Below are positions 36,678-45,427 of a stretch of 50,293 nt of DNA, piece by piece. Source of the DNA: Verrucomicrobiales bacterium (GTDB lineage: Bacteria; Verrucomicrobiota; Verrucomicrobiia; Limisphaerales; DUCD01). The stretch's first letter is position 1; every line of letters starts with the position of its first letter. The DNA lies in contig DUCD01000483.1 in NCBI GenBank assembly GCA_012959985.1, forward strand, positions 1-50,293. Direction: 5' to 3'. Made by a program: the position numbers and the translations under genes. Below the pieces are notes generated by a model that saw only the letters and a program-made list of their open reading frames with translations, was not told the origin of the DNA and did not search any database.

Positions 36678-38045
36678 TCAGATTTCTTCCCAACTGGTGA
36701 CCTGCCAGGATGCGCCTACATCCATAGTCTGTAGGTCCTCGTCGTAGTGAAATTGAAACTTTCCGTTCATTTGTACGGAACCCGTAATGCTGGCTCCGGT
36801 AAAATCGTAAGGATCCCTACCCCCCCCGCCATTCATCGTGAAGGCTGCATAGGGAGCATAAACGGTTCCCATGAACTTGGCGTTTCCACCCACCGAGAAT
36901 TTCGTATTGGTTTTCAGACCCCAATATCTGAAACTGGAGGCTTGTACGGAATGGTTGGCCACTCCATTTCCTGAAATCTGCGTTGTGGATTCGCTTGTTC
37001 CCGACTCCTGCCCGACATAGAGGTCCAGCGAAGCCCCCGGTAATATTACAATCTGAGCACTGCCTGACATTTTGAAATTTCCCGCTACATGAAGAACCGC
37101 TTTACCGGTCACCAAAATCATGTCACTTCCTGAAGAAAAGGAGGAGAGTACATAATCTCCTGTGTCCATGGTGTAATCAAAATCCACATTCACTGTAGCG
37201 CTGGAATTGGATCCGGGAATGAAATATTTCTTTTTAATAGAAACCGTCGATGCCTGCGGGGTAGTGCCCCCCCCGGAAAAGGGAAGCTCTACATCGGGAA
37301 ACGACAAATTCATGTCGTCCGTTGACCAGCCCGTCTGGATGCCGGAGTTACCGTTATTATGGAAATCCAAGCTGCCTGCGGCGCCATTTGGACCGACGGC
37401 GATACTGCCACCGGGGCCGGTAGAGACTTTACCGAAGATAGTGGCATTTCCGAGACTCAGAGAGTTGATTAATCCCGAATTGGTTGCCACGTCGCCTTTG
37501 TCACTTCTCTTATTAGGGTCATAAATTCCCCCGGGTCCGCTCATGGATGGTACAGATGAATTATAACTATCGGAAAGGATATTGTTTCCATTCAAATCAA
37601 TGGTGCCTTTGGCAACCATGCCTTTCATGAACAAGGATTGACGGGAAGTTCCGCACCGGACCGATCGTGTCACGAGCCCATCCGAATAGGGAGTGGTAAA
37701 GGAAGCCTTTGAAACAATGATCGGTGGGGAACTGGGGTCGATTGATATCTCCAAAGTGGCATTGTCAAAGGTTCGGTTTTTTTTGTAATCTCCATTCTGA
37801 CTAATTATCCAAGCGTCATTGCCTATTCCACCGATGCCGTTGACGTTGATATGTGTAATGGCTTCTTCGATTCCGGCTTCCACCAGTGGCAGTGCAATAT
37901 TATAATACTGCGAGGAGACCACTGAACGGTGCTGATTCCTTACTAAGGTCAGGTAACTTGCAAGGATGATACCGAGAATGGCAGAAGTAAAAACAGTGAC
38001 CAGTAATGTGCTCCCTGCATTGGATATTCGGATTGATCGTCGCAT
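36678..38045 (-). CDS. PilX/GspK-like minor pseudopilin with a large Gly/Ser/Asn/Thr-rich C-terminal domain
   Basis: The ATG at 38045 lies 8 nt after the upstream stop and gives 'MRRSIRISNAGSTLLVTVFTSAILGIILASYLTLV', which is like a PilX_N/GspK N-terminus. The C-terminus 'GTVYAPYAAFTMNGGG...GSVQMNGKFQFHYDEDL' is typical of PilX-like tip proteins. Confidence 0.6.
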   Translation of the reverse strand: MRRSIRISNAGSTLLVTVFTSAILGIILASYLTLVRNQHRSVVSSQYYNIALPLVEAGIEEAITHINVNGIGGIGNDAWIISQNGDYKKNRTFDNATLEISIDPSSPPIIVSKASFTTPYSDGLVTRSVRCGTSRQSLFMKGMVAKGTIDLNGNNILSDSYNSSVPSMSGPGGIYDPNKRSDKGDVATNSGLINSLSLGNATIFGKVSTGPGGSIAVGPNGAAGSLDFHNNGNSGIQTGWSTDDMNLSFPDVELPFSGGGTTPQASTVSIKKKYFIPGSNSSATVNVDFDYTMDTGDYVLSSFSSGSDMILVTGKAVLHVAGNFKMSGSAQIVILPGASLDLYVGQESGTSESTTQISGNGVANHSVQASSFRYWGLKTNTKFSVGGNAKFMGTVYAPYAAFTMNGGGGRDPYDFTGASITGSVQMNGKFQFHYDEDLQTMDVGASWQVTSWEEI

Positions 38046-38053
38046 GATATCTC

Positions 38054-38614
38054 CTATTGATTTCGGATAACTATTTTTGCTGATTGAACACTTTCCGTAT
38101 TTCGCTGCCCCATTACGTCGCGGACACATGTCCACTTCAATTGCACTAATTTGCACGTCGAGGCATCGGCTGTTGGGTACTGATTGTAAGTTCCACCGAT
38201 CGGAGTACGCTGAAAAATTTGAAACTCCAGGGATTCGGCGCCTTCCAGAAGGATTTTATCAATTCCATCCTTCTTCCGTATTAATAGGTCGGCTACCGGA
38301 TCGTATACGTACACCAAGTCCCCACCGTCCTTGTCCTCAAAAGTGAGACTGTAGACGGTATTTGTCTTTAGTCGTCTTACCTGGCGGATTTCATTGATCA
38401 TGGTGTCCAGTGTTACCCGGCTCTGCATGTCCAATTCGACGTAATTCCAAACGGCGGCGTAGGTCCTGCCGGTATACCACATCATGGAGGCGACCAGTGA
38501 AAGGGCGATCCCTCCGATTAAGACGGCGATCATGAATTCCGACATGGTGAATCCATGTTGACCACCCAGAGCTCGACGGTGACTCTTTTTAATAGATGTA
38601 TTTTTGAAGTCCAC
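38054..38614 (-). CDS. Prepilin-type N-terminal cleavage/methylation domain protein (GspJ-like pseudopilin)
   Basis: 'GGQHG|FTMSEFMIAVLIGGIALSLVASMMWY' has G-1, F+1 and E+5. A GTG start at 38614 gives a 20-aa basic leader. The track ORF reaches 38656 but overlaps the upstream gene by 68 nt. Confidence 0.6.
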   Translation of the reverse strand: MDFKNTSIKKSHRRALGGQHGFTMSEFMIAVLIGGIALSLVASMMWYTGRTYAAVWNYVELDMQSRVTLDTMINEIRQVRRLKTNTVYSLTFEDKDGGDLVYVYDPVADLLIRKKDGIDKILLEGAESLEFQIFQRTPIGGTYNQYPTADASTCKLVQLKWTCVRDVMGQRNTESVQSAKIVIRNQ

Positions 38615-39119
38615 GGCTTGATACGAATGTTGTTGCTTCTCGGGTTCGCCCCTCACCTGCCTGTTTCCAAGTCAATTCGATGGTGACCTGTCTTAATTCG
38701 TTACTGTAGGATTCGGTGATGTTCGTTGAAGCATTGATTGTAATTTGGCCTCGGTACCAGACATTGTCGTTGTATGGACTGTTGGCTTCAAGATACGACA
38801 AGTCATAACTTTCGGGAAAGGGGATTTGTGAGTTGGTTCCTTCAATGGTGGGGTAATAGGCCTCTACGAAGAACTCTGGAATAAAGTTAGTATCATTGAT
38901 CTGGTCCCAGTTGTATAGACGTATGGTTTCCAGTTTCTCAAGCATGATCTGAGTGGCTCTCAGATCTTCCCTTGCGGCCCGGATGATGGTCCAACCTGAC
39001 GACAAACCGGTGTAGAGTGCGATATAGACGACGCCGAAAATCACTACCGCCACTAATGTTTCAATGATGGTAAAGGCATCCTCGTATTTCTGTCTTAATT
39101 CTGAGCTTTTAATCCTCAT
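38589..39119 (-). CDS. Prepilin-type N-terminal cleavage/methylation domain protein (GspI-like pseudopilin)
   Basis: 'MRIKSSELRQKYEDA|FTIIETLVAVVIFGVVYIALYTGL' has F+1 and E+5, with Ala rather than Gly at -1. Confidence 0.65.
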   Translation of the reverse strand: MRIKSSELRQKYEDAFTIIETLVAVVIFGVVYIALYTGLSSGWTIIRAAREDLRATQIMLEKLETIRLYNWDQINDTNFIPEFFVEAYYPTIEGTNSQIPFPESYDLSYLEANSPYNDNVWYRGQITINASTNITESYSNELRQVTIELTWKQAGEGRTREATTFVSSRGLQKYIY

Positions 39120-39279
39120 ACCGATCAGTCTCTTCTAAATGCAATTGAGCACTAACCATACCAATTATGTTACTGAGAAAGCTAGAATGGATGTGAAAAA
39201 TGAAGGGTCTACGAGAGGTGGGGCCTTATGGCTCTATTTCCATCCCTCTTGAAACAGGTGGAAGGTTGTAAGACCTTGA

Positions 39280-39927
39280 TCAGGAAGTATGACGCACAAA
39301 GAAGACGGCAGCCTGGGAGCGGCGATTGAGCTTCAATTTGTCCAGAGTATTGCTGAAGTAATTCTTCACTGTCTTGTCGCTCAGACCCATATCGACAGCA
39401 ATTTCCTTGTTGGTTTTCCCTTCTGCAACTAACGCCAACACACGTCTTTCCTGCTTGGCAAGCAGAGCCAGTCGCTCCTTGGGGGACTCTCCCGGCTTCT
39501 CCCTGATGATTGAAATGACGTCCGGGGTGATGGCGGGATCCAGGTAAGTAACCCCTTTGGCCACTTGCTTGATGGATGAAATCAAATTTTCGGATGAAAT
39601 CTCCTTCAGAATAAATCCATCAGCTTCGGCCTGAAGAGATTCGGATACGAATTCCCAGTCTGCCATAGCAGTAAGCATGATCACTTTGATATCTTTGGAT
39701 TGAGATTTAATTGCGCGGCAGGCTTCGTAGCCTTTTCCGTCTGGCAAGAGAATGTCCATTAAGACCATATCAGGATGCAGGCTCTGGGTAGCTTCAATTG
39801 CCGTGGAAACGGAGTTGGCTTCTCCGATGACTTCGATTTCCGGGGATTTGTTCAGTATGGTGCGAAGACCTATGCGTAGCATATCGTGATCGTCCACCAA
39901 CAGTATCCGGATAGTTTGTTGACTCAT
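39280..39927 (-). CDS. NarL/FixJ (LuxR-type HTH) family response regulator
   Basis: REC domain 'IRILLVDDHDMLRIGL...DMVLMDILLPDGKG' and C-terminal 'ERRVLALVAEGKTNKEIAVDMGLSDKTVKNYFSNTLDKL'. Confidence 0.9.
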   Translation of the reverse strand: MSQQTIRILLVDDHDMLRIGLRTILNKSPEIEVIGEANSVSTAIEATQSLHPDMVLMDILLPDGKGYEACRAIKSQSKDIKVIMLTAMADWEFVSESLQAEADGFILKEISSENLISSIKQVAKGVTYLDPAITPDVISIIREKPGESPKERLALLAKQERRVLALVAEGKTNKEIAVDMGLSDKTVKNYFSNTLDKLKLNRRSQAAVFFVRHTS

Positions 39928-39935
39928 GATATATC

Positions 39936-42440
39936 TTAAGAATCTGAATTATTCGGAATTCGTATTGTCAGCCGGACTCCCTTGCCCGATTCTGAATTGA
40001 TTTCCAAACCTGCTCCCATTGATGCGATGCGGGTTTTCATATTTTGCAGTCCATACCCCGAGAGACCGGGTAATGATGGATCGAAACCGATCCCATTGTC
40101 CAGTATTTCAAGCATCGGTAATCCGTCGATTTTCTTGAGGCGGATTTCTTTTTGATCGGCTTTTGAATGTTGTATACAATTGATAACAGCCTCCCGAGTT
40201 ATCTGCAAGAGTTGTACGGATTGAAAATCACTTAGGCCCGAAGCTGTCGCGGGATCGATTTCGACGCGGAATTTGAATTCTTCCTGTTCTTCCATACTCA
40301 GAAGTAGAGATTCTATTTCGGTTGGAAAATTATTATTCTGAAGGGCATGCAGATCCAAACCGGTGATTATATTGCGTATGCCCCGGATGGTCTTATTGAG
40401 TTGATCATTTGCCCGTTGAATTTTTTCACGGACTCCTCCCTGATCGGTCTCTGTAGGAATGCTTAATCTGCAGTCTTCCAATTGGAGTCCGACGGCAAAA
40501 ATGGATTGAATGATTCCGTCATGGAGCTCTTTACCCAGAGATTTTTTGTCCTGAATGGCATCAAGAAGTTGCTGTTCGCATTTCCTAAATGCATCTTCCC
40601 GTTGTATTTGGTTGGTGATATGGCGGCCCAAGCCCTGGATTCTATCTGTTTCACCCTGAATGGAGATGGGTTGAAGAATTATTTCCCACGTGGTTTCTCT
40701 TTCTTCGGAGCTTTGGAGATTTACAACCAGGCGTTCCGGTTTTCCGGTTTGAACAACCCTGTCCATCGTCTCAGGATAGTCACTCGCAAAACTTTCGACC
40801 AGGAAAGTTTTAAATGAAGGGCTATTCCTTATTAAGTGGTCTTCACCTGATCGGGATTGCACCATGAGGTGCATCGATATGATTTTCAATTCAAGGTCAT
40901 GGGTATAAAAAATGTCATAGGCTTCTTTGCATAGGTTTTCCAATTGTGTTTCAAGATTGGCCTCCTTGATCCCAGTGAGTTCTTTTCGCTTCTTCAGAGA
41001 GGTAGTCTTTAAAAGAAACAATACGATCACCATACTCAGAAAACTTGCTGAACCCGTTAGGAACCCGATTAAGAAGCGGCTTTTTTTCGGAGGAGAAACA
41101 AATGATAAAGTAATGAACTCCTCAGATGGAACATGTATGTTGAACCCGGCGTGCTTCATTTCAGAATCAAGGGAGAGGTTTTGGCAGACTCCTGTTAACT
41201 GCAAATGACTGCCTGTGGTCCATTTTCTATAGGACTCATTTCCTTCAGGCCAAGGGTATGAAGCCGAGAATAAGAATTCTCCAGCTCTAAGCTGCAGTTG
41301 TATTTCCATGGTTGAAGTATCTGCATCGACGTATATAAGTTCTTTTTTCACCGGTTGAAGGAGCGTTGGATTCAAGCGAACCAGTAGATTTCCGTAGGTG
41401 CCGGAAGCAGCCTGTTGTCCGGTTACCAATATTGAGGGAGGAAGATCTCCTCTGCCGATCTTAATACATTGGGATTCCTGCAGAAGGTAACCCATTCGGG
41501 ATCTTTTTAGAAACCCTACTGTCTTTACAAGGTCTCCCGGTGAAAAAGTTTGGGGATGACGCTTTAGAACCTGAATCGCCTGGAAATCGGTTTGAACGAA
41601 AAAATAACCGGGTCGGTCAGCGGTCACGGTTCCCTGTATATGAATCCGATGCCCTTCTGAATTCAAGGGTTGGGATAGACTCAACTCATCCAATGGGATC
41701 GGAGATCGACTGAACGGATCCTCAAATGTGCCACTAATAATAAATAGCTCACTCTTATCGGAAACTCGGATTCTGAATCCGGAACTATCCGGTTTCCACG
41801 TTTCATCGATTGTAGGAATTCCATGGATTGTCACACGCCGATCCACATAATCGGATTCCTTGACAGGGTCTGTTGATGGCCAGGAGGCCCGCACTCTGGA
41901 ATTGCCATCGGCGATGATGACTTCAATATTTCCCAATCGTCCGTGCATTCGCTGGATGATTCCACTGGTTTCGACATAGCGGGATTGTCCTCCTCCACTT
42001 GAAATGGAAGCTATTGTTTTTTTCGAAGGAGGAGGTAAGCTTGTTCGGCCTGTTTTGACTATGTTAACCGGTTGAATGAAAGGGGAATGGCTGGTCTGTG
42101 CCGTTCTTGCTTCTATGTCGACTTGGTCGCCTTTTTGGAACAGGTCATCAAAATAATCGACAAAAATTCCGGCGGTTTCATCTTGAACGAAAAAGAGTCG
42201 GTTGGCTGGCTGGTAAAGGGTGACGACACCTTGAATTCGTGCTGTTTTTCCTGAGGCTGCTTCATCTGAAGTTTGGGAATCCCGTCCGCGGTCTGTGCCT
42301 TTAATTTCACGGGTCCAGATAAGCACAAACCTATGACAATCGATTGTGCCCCGTATACAAAGATCCTGTGAAGATCCAATTTCATGTTTTTGAAACGGAT
42401 TTGAATCTACTTTGATTTCATGACCCAGACACCATCCCAT
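39936..42440 (-). CDS. Sensor histidine kinase (HisKA_3 / HATPase_c) with a ~470-aa N-terminal sensor region, one TM segment and a PAS-like domain
   Basis: H-box 'LGKELHDGIIQSIFAVGLQLE', N-box 'REAVINCIQHS', 'LEILDNGIGF', 'GYGLQNMKTRIASMGAGLEINSESGKGVRLTIRIP', TM 'FLIGFLTGSASFLSMVIVLFLL'. The 5' end is uncertain (see findings). Confidence 0.8.
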   Translation of the reverse strand: MGWCLGHEIKVDSNPFQKHEIGSSQDLCIRGTIDCHRFVLIWTREIKGTDRGRDSQTSDEAASGKTARIQGVVTLYQPANRLFFVQDETAGIFVDYFDDLFQKGDQVDIEARTAQTSHSPFIQPVNIVKTGRTSLPPPSKKTIASISSGGGQSRYVETSGIIQRMHGRLGNIEVIIADGNSRVRASWPSTDPVKESDYVDRRVTIHGIPTIDETWKPDSSGFRIRVSDKSELFIISGTFEDPFSRSPIPLDELSLSQPLNSEGHRIHIQGTVTADRPGYFFVQTDFQAIQVLKRHPQTFSPGDLVKTVGFLKRSRMGYLLQESQCIKIGRGDLPPSILVTGQQAASGTYGNLLVRLNPTLLQPVKKELIYVDADTSTMEIQLQLRAGEFLFSASYPWPEGNESYRKWTTGSHLQLTGVCQNLSLDSEMKHAGFNIHVPSEEFITLSFVSPPKKSRFLIGFLTGSASFLSMVIVLFLLKTTSLKKRKELTGIKEANLETQLENLCKEAYDIFYTHDLELKIISMHLMVQSRSGEDHLIRNSPSFKTFLVESFASDYPETMDRVVQTGKPERLVVNLQSSEERETTWEIILQPISIQGETDRIQGLGRHITNQIQREDAFRKCEQQLLDAIQDKKSLGKELHDGIIQSIFAVGLQLEDCRLSIPTETDQGGVREKIQRANDQLNKTIRGIRNIITGLDLHALQNNNFPTEIESLLLSMEEQEEFKFRVEIDPATASGLSDFQSVQLLQITREAVINCIQHSKADQKEIRLKKIDGLPMLEILDNGIGFDPSLPGLSGYGLQNMKTRIASMGAGLEINSESGKGVRLTIRIPNNSDS

Positions 42441-44689
42441 TGACCCTTTGGAGGGTTCCTTTTCAACAATTCACAACGTTTTACGTAGACTTTGGAACAA
42501 GTGTCGTCCGGGTTGAGTTTCAATCCTTCTTTGAACATTTTGATAGCTTGATCCCATTTTGCCTGTTTGTAATATACCATCCCGTTATTGAAATTCCCCA
42601 GGACTTCAATGACATTAGGGAAGCTCTCATCGTCGTGGTAATCCAGGACTTCATGGACATTCACAGGTGTGGTTTTGCCTTTGACAATGACACGGTCAAT
42701 TTCGCGTGTGCGGTAGGTCGCCTTCAGGCTTTTGAAAGTTAGATCACTGATCAGAATATGAGCGCCGTATTGTTTACATGCGCTTTCGAGACGTGCAGAC
42801 AAATTGACTCCATCTCCGATCACTGTGTAGTTCATCCGTTTTGGAGAACCGATGTTTCCGGATAAGACGGTATCGGAATTAAGACCGATGCTGTGGTCGA
42901 TCACACGTTTCCCTTCGTCCACACGTCTTTTATTATAATCCACAAGTTGCCGCATCATTTCAATGGCGGCACGCATTCCGCAGTCCGGATGATCCGCGTT
43001 GGCAATCGGCATTCCGAAAATCGCCATGATGGCGTCGCCGATGAATTTATCCAGCATACCGCTTTCGTTCTGAATGCAGTCCACCATGATGGTGAAGTAT
43101 TCATTCAGAAGACTGACGGTTCCTTTAGCCCCGAGTTCTTCGGTCAAAGTTGTAAAACTGCGAATATCGGAAAACAACACTGTTGCAACACCGGTCTGAC
43201 CTCCCAGGTTGGTTTCTCCCATCACTTTGTCGACCAGATCGGCGTCCATGTATCGTGCCATGGTGGACTTCATGCGTTTTTCAGAGCTGATGTCCTCGAT
43301 CATGACCAGAAACCCGAGTTTCTGTCCTTTACTGCTGACCAGTGGGTGAAAGCTGGCATTGACGGATCGTTTTTCTCCTCCGAATTCCAACCCGACATCG
43401 AAGGCCAGTTCCACCTCTCCTCCTTTTTCGACGGCTTCCAGTTTCTCGATGATCCAGGCATTTTGCCCGGTGAAGAATTCATTCGCTTTTTTCTGAAGGA
43501 TGTCATCCGGAGTCGACACTTTTGTGATCCGGTAACCAGAGGCATTGCAGGTTACGATCTCTCCATCCTCATTGATCGTGATCACACCATTGGACATACT
43601 TTCCAGAACACTTTCATTGTAGTTTTTGATGTTCTGTATGTCGTCGAACAGTTTCGCATTTTCGATGGCAATTGAGATCTGAGAAGTAAAAGCCGTCAAC
43701 CTCTTCTCGTCTTCGTTGGTGAAGGGCCCTCCACGCTTATTGAGAACCTGAGTGACACCGATTACCTTACCCGCTTTATTCGCCACCGGGATGCACAGCA
43801 TGGAGCGGGTGAAGAAGCCGGTTTTTCGATCAAAGGCAGGATTGAATCTCAGGTCGGCATAGGCGTGAGGGATGTTGATCGTTTTTGCCGTTGTGAAGAC
43901 GGTTCCGGCGATGCCTACATGATTGGGTAGACGAATCTGGGTTTTTCCCAGACCTTCTCCCACTTCGGTGTAGAGTTGCTTGGCTTTTTCGTCGTTGATG
44001 AAAAGCGTAGAACGCTCGGCGTCGAGCATTTTGGTGATGGTCTTGATGATTTTCTGGAGCAGGGGACCCAGTTGCAGTTCGGAGGAAACGTGTGAAACAA
44101 CATCCAGGAACTCCAGTTCCTGTTTCCGGGTTGCCTCCATCCGTTCCACCATCAGATTGCTTTGAATCGCGAATGCAGCCTGTTCAGTCATGGCCTCCAG
44201 CAAAGCGAGATCAACTTCTGTGAATCTACCTTCCAGCTTGTTCAGGATTTGAGAAACACCTAGAATTTCTCCGGTCGTGGATTTTAAGGGGGCACAGAGA
44301 ATGCCTGCGGTTTTGAATCCCGTTCTTTCGTCTACCTCCCGGTTGAAGCGTTTGTCTTTGTATGCCTCATGTATGATCGTCCCTTCCTGCTTGGTGAACA
44401 CCCATCCAGCGATGCCTGAGGAATTTAAAATCCTGATTTCCCGTCTGATCTGCCCTTGAGCCACTCGGGAATAAAGTTCCCCGGTTTGGGAATCATTGAG
44501 TAAAATTGTTCCCCGTTCCGCCCCGATAGTGGTCGTGGTGATATTGACCAGAATCTCCAAGGCTTCATCCAACGTTTTTGATGAGGCCATTTCATTGGTG
44601 ACCTTCAACAGCATTTGGGCAAACTTCAGAGTTCGCGTGAACTGCTTGTTCTGATTGGATCGCTTCGATCTGGTTTTTCGTTCAGCCAT
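42407..44689 (-). CDS. GAF-GAF-PAS class III adenylate/guanylate cyclase with a C-terminal TPR-like tail
   Basis: Two GAF-like blocks ('ERGTILLNDSQTGELYS', 'ERSTLFINDEKAKQLYT'). Cyclase core 'ATVLFSDIRSFTTLTEELG...LDKFIGDAIMAIFGMP...IGLNSDTVLSGNIGSPKRMNYTVIGDGVNLSARLES'. Confidence 0.85.
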   Translation of the reverse strand: MAERKTRSKRSNQNKQFTRTLKFAQMLLKVTNEMASSKTLDEALEILVNITTTTIGAERGTILLNDSQTGELYSRVAQGQIRREIRILNSSGIAGWVFTKQEGTIIHEAYKDKRFNREVDERTGFKTAGILCAPLKSTTGEILGVSQILNKLEGRFTEVDLALLEAMTEQAAFAIQSNLMVERMEATRKQELEFLDVVSHVSSELQLGPLLQKIIKTITKMLDAERSTLFINDEKAKQLYTEVGEGLGKTQIRLPNHVGIAGTVFTTAKTINIPHAYADLRFNPAFDRKTGFFTRSMLCIPVANKAGKVIGVTQVLNKRGGPFTNEDEKRLTAFTSQISIAIENAKLFDDIQNIKNYNESVLESMSNGVITINEDGEIVTCNASGYRITKVSTPDDILQKKANEFFTGQNAWIIEKLEAVEKGGEVELAFDVGLEFGGEKRSVNASFHPLVSSKGQKLGFLVMIEDISSEKRMKSTMARYMDADLVDKVMGETNLGGQTGVATVLFSDIRSFTTLTEELGAKGTVSLLNEYFTIMVDCIQNESGMLDKFIGDAIMAIFGMPIANADHPDCGMRAAIEMMRQLVDYNKRRVDEGKRVIDHSIGLNSDTVLSGNIGSPKRMNYTVIGDGVNLSARLESACKQYGAHILISDLTFKSLKATYRTREIDRVIVKGKTTPVNVHEVLDYHDDESFPNVIEVLGNFNNGMVYYKQAKWDQAIKMFKEGLKLNPDDTCSKVYVKRCELLKRNPPKGQWDGVWVMKSK

Positions 44690-44710
44690 GGATGTGCTTA
44701 ATCTCAGTCA

Positions 44711-45427
44711 TCAAGATTGTTTTCCGGCTATCAGGGGTTGGTTTTTATCCAGAAGATTCCTGAGTTCATTAATGGTCTGTTGCAGATGCTTGGCTTCGAG
44801 CTGTGAATTCGCGAAGGTTTTCTGTGTTTTGATATCCGTCTGAATTCTTTGTTTTTCCAGTTCATCTCTCAGCTTATTGATGGCCAGTTTGAATTGCTTG
44901 ATTTCTCCCTCCGTGTCAGCCAAAACCTTTTGGCTTTTCTGCTGGGCGTCGAACCTGATTTTCTCCAGTTCATCTCGAAGAGTATTCGCGGTCTCCTTTA
45001 ACTGGATAATTTCATTGTTGGCGTCCACCACCGATTGCTGAATGCGTAATTCTACACCGATTCGGGATTTTTCCAATTCATCTCTAAGGGAGTTGATGGC
45101 TTTTTTCAACTGGTTGTTTTCCTGACTCAAGGTGGCCAGAGCTGCCTGAATGCGATCTTCCTCCGCGACGCGGAACTGCTCCAGGTTCATCCTCAGTGAG
45201 TCGATGGTTTTCTTCAGTTGCTTGATCTCAGCAACCCCTTCCATCACCGCTTTCTGAACCGTTTGTTCTTCGCGGAACCGGAATCGTTCCATCTGGTCCC
45301 TGAGACTGCGGATCGTGTCCTTCAAATGGAGATTGTCTTTCTCCAGTTTGTTGACTTCCACACGTTCCATTTCCATAATTTTGAGTCTTCTGCTATATGA
45401 GGAAACTGAATGGGCCGTATCCACCAA
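44711..45427 (-). CDS. Coiled-coil protein built of 36-aa tandem repeats
   Basis: 238-aa ORF with a TTG start; ATG alternatives at 45376 and 45370. It is strongly charged and helical, with five full repeats plus a partial sixth, and lies 21 nt upstream of the cyclase gene. Confidence 0.6.
   Translation of the reverse strand: MVDTAHSVSSYSRRLKIMEMERVEVNKLEKDNLHLKDTIRSLRDQMERFRFREEQTVQKAVMEGVAEIKQLKKTIDSLRMNLEQFRVAEEDRIQAALATLSQENNQLKKAINSLRDELEKSRIGVELRIQQSVVDANNEIIQLKETANTLRDELEKIRFDAQQKSQKVLADTEGEIKQFKLAINKLRDELEKQRIQTDIKTQKTFANSQLEAKHLQQTINELRNLLDKNQPLIAGKQS
44743..45313 (-). repeat. 108-bp (36-codon) tandem repeats, about 5.3 copies
   Basis: CCAGTTCATCTC recurs at 44857 and 44965, with a near copy about 108 nt further on. 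Protein units: 'IRSLRDQMERFRFREEQTVQKAVMEGVAEIKQLKKT', 'IDSLRMNLEQFRVAEEDRIQAALATLSQENNQLKKA', 'INSLRDELEKSRIGVELRIQQSVVDANNEIIQLKET', 'ANTLRDELEKIRFDAQQKSQKVLADTEGEIKQFKLA', 'INKLRDELEKQRIQTDIKTQKTFANSQLEAKHLQQT'. Confidence 0.8.
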
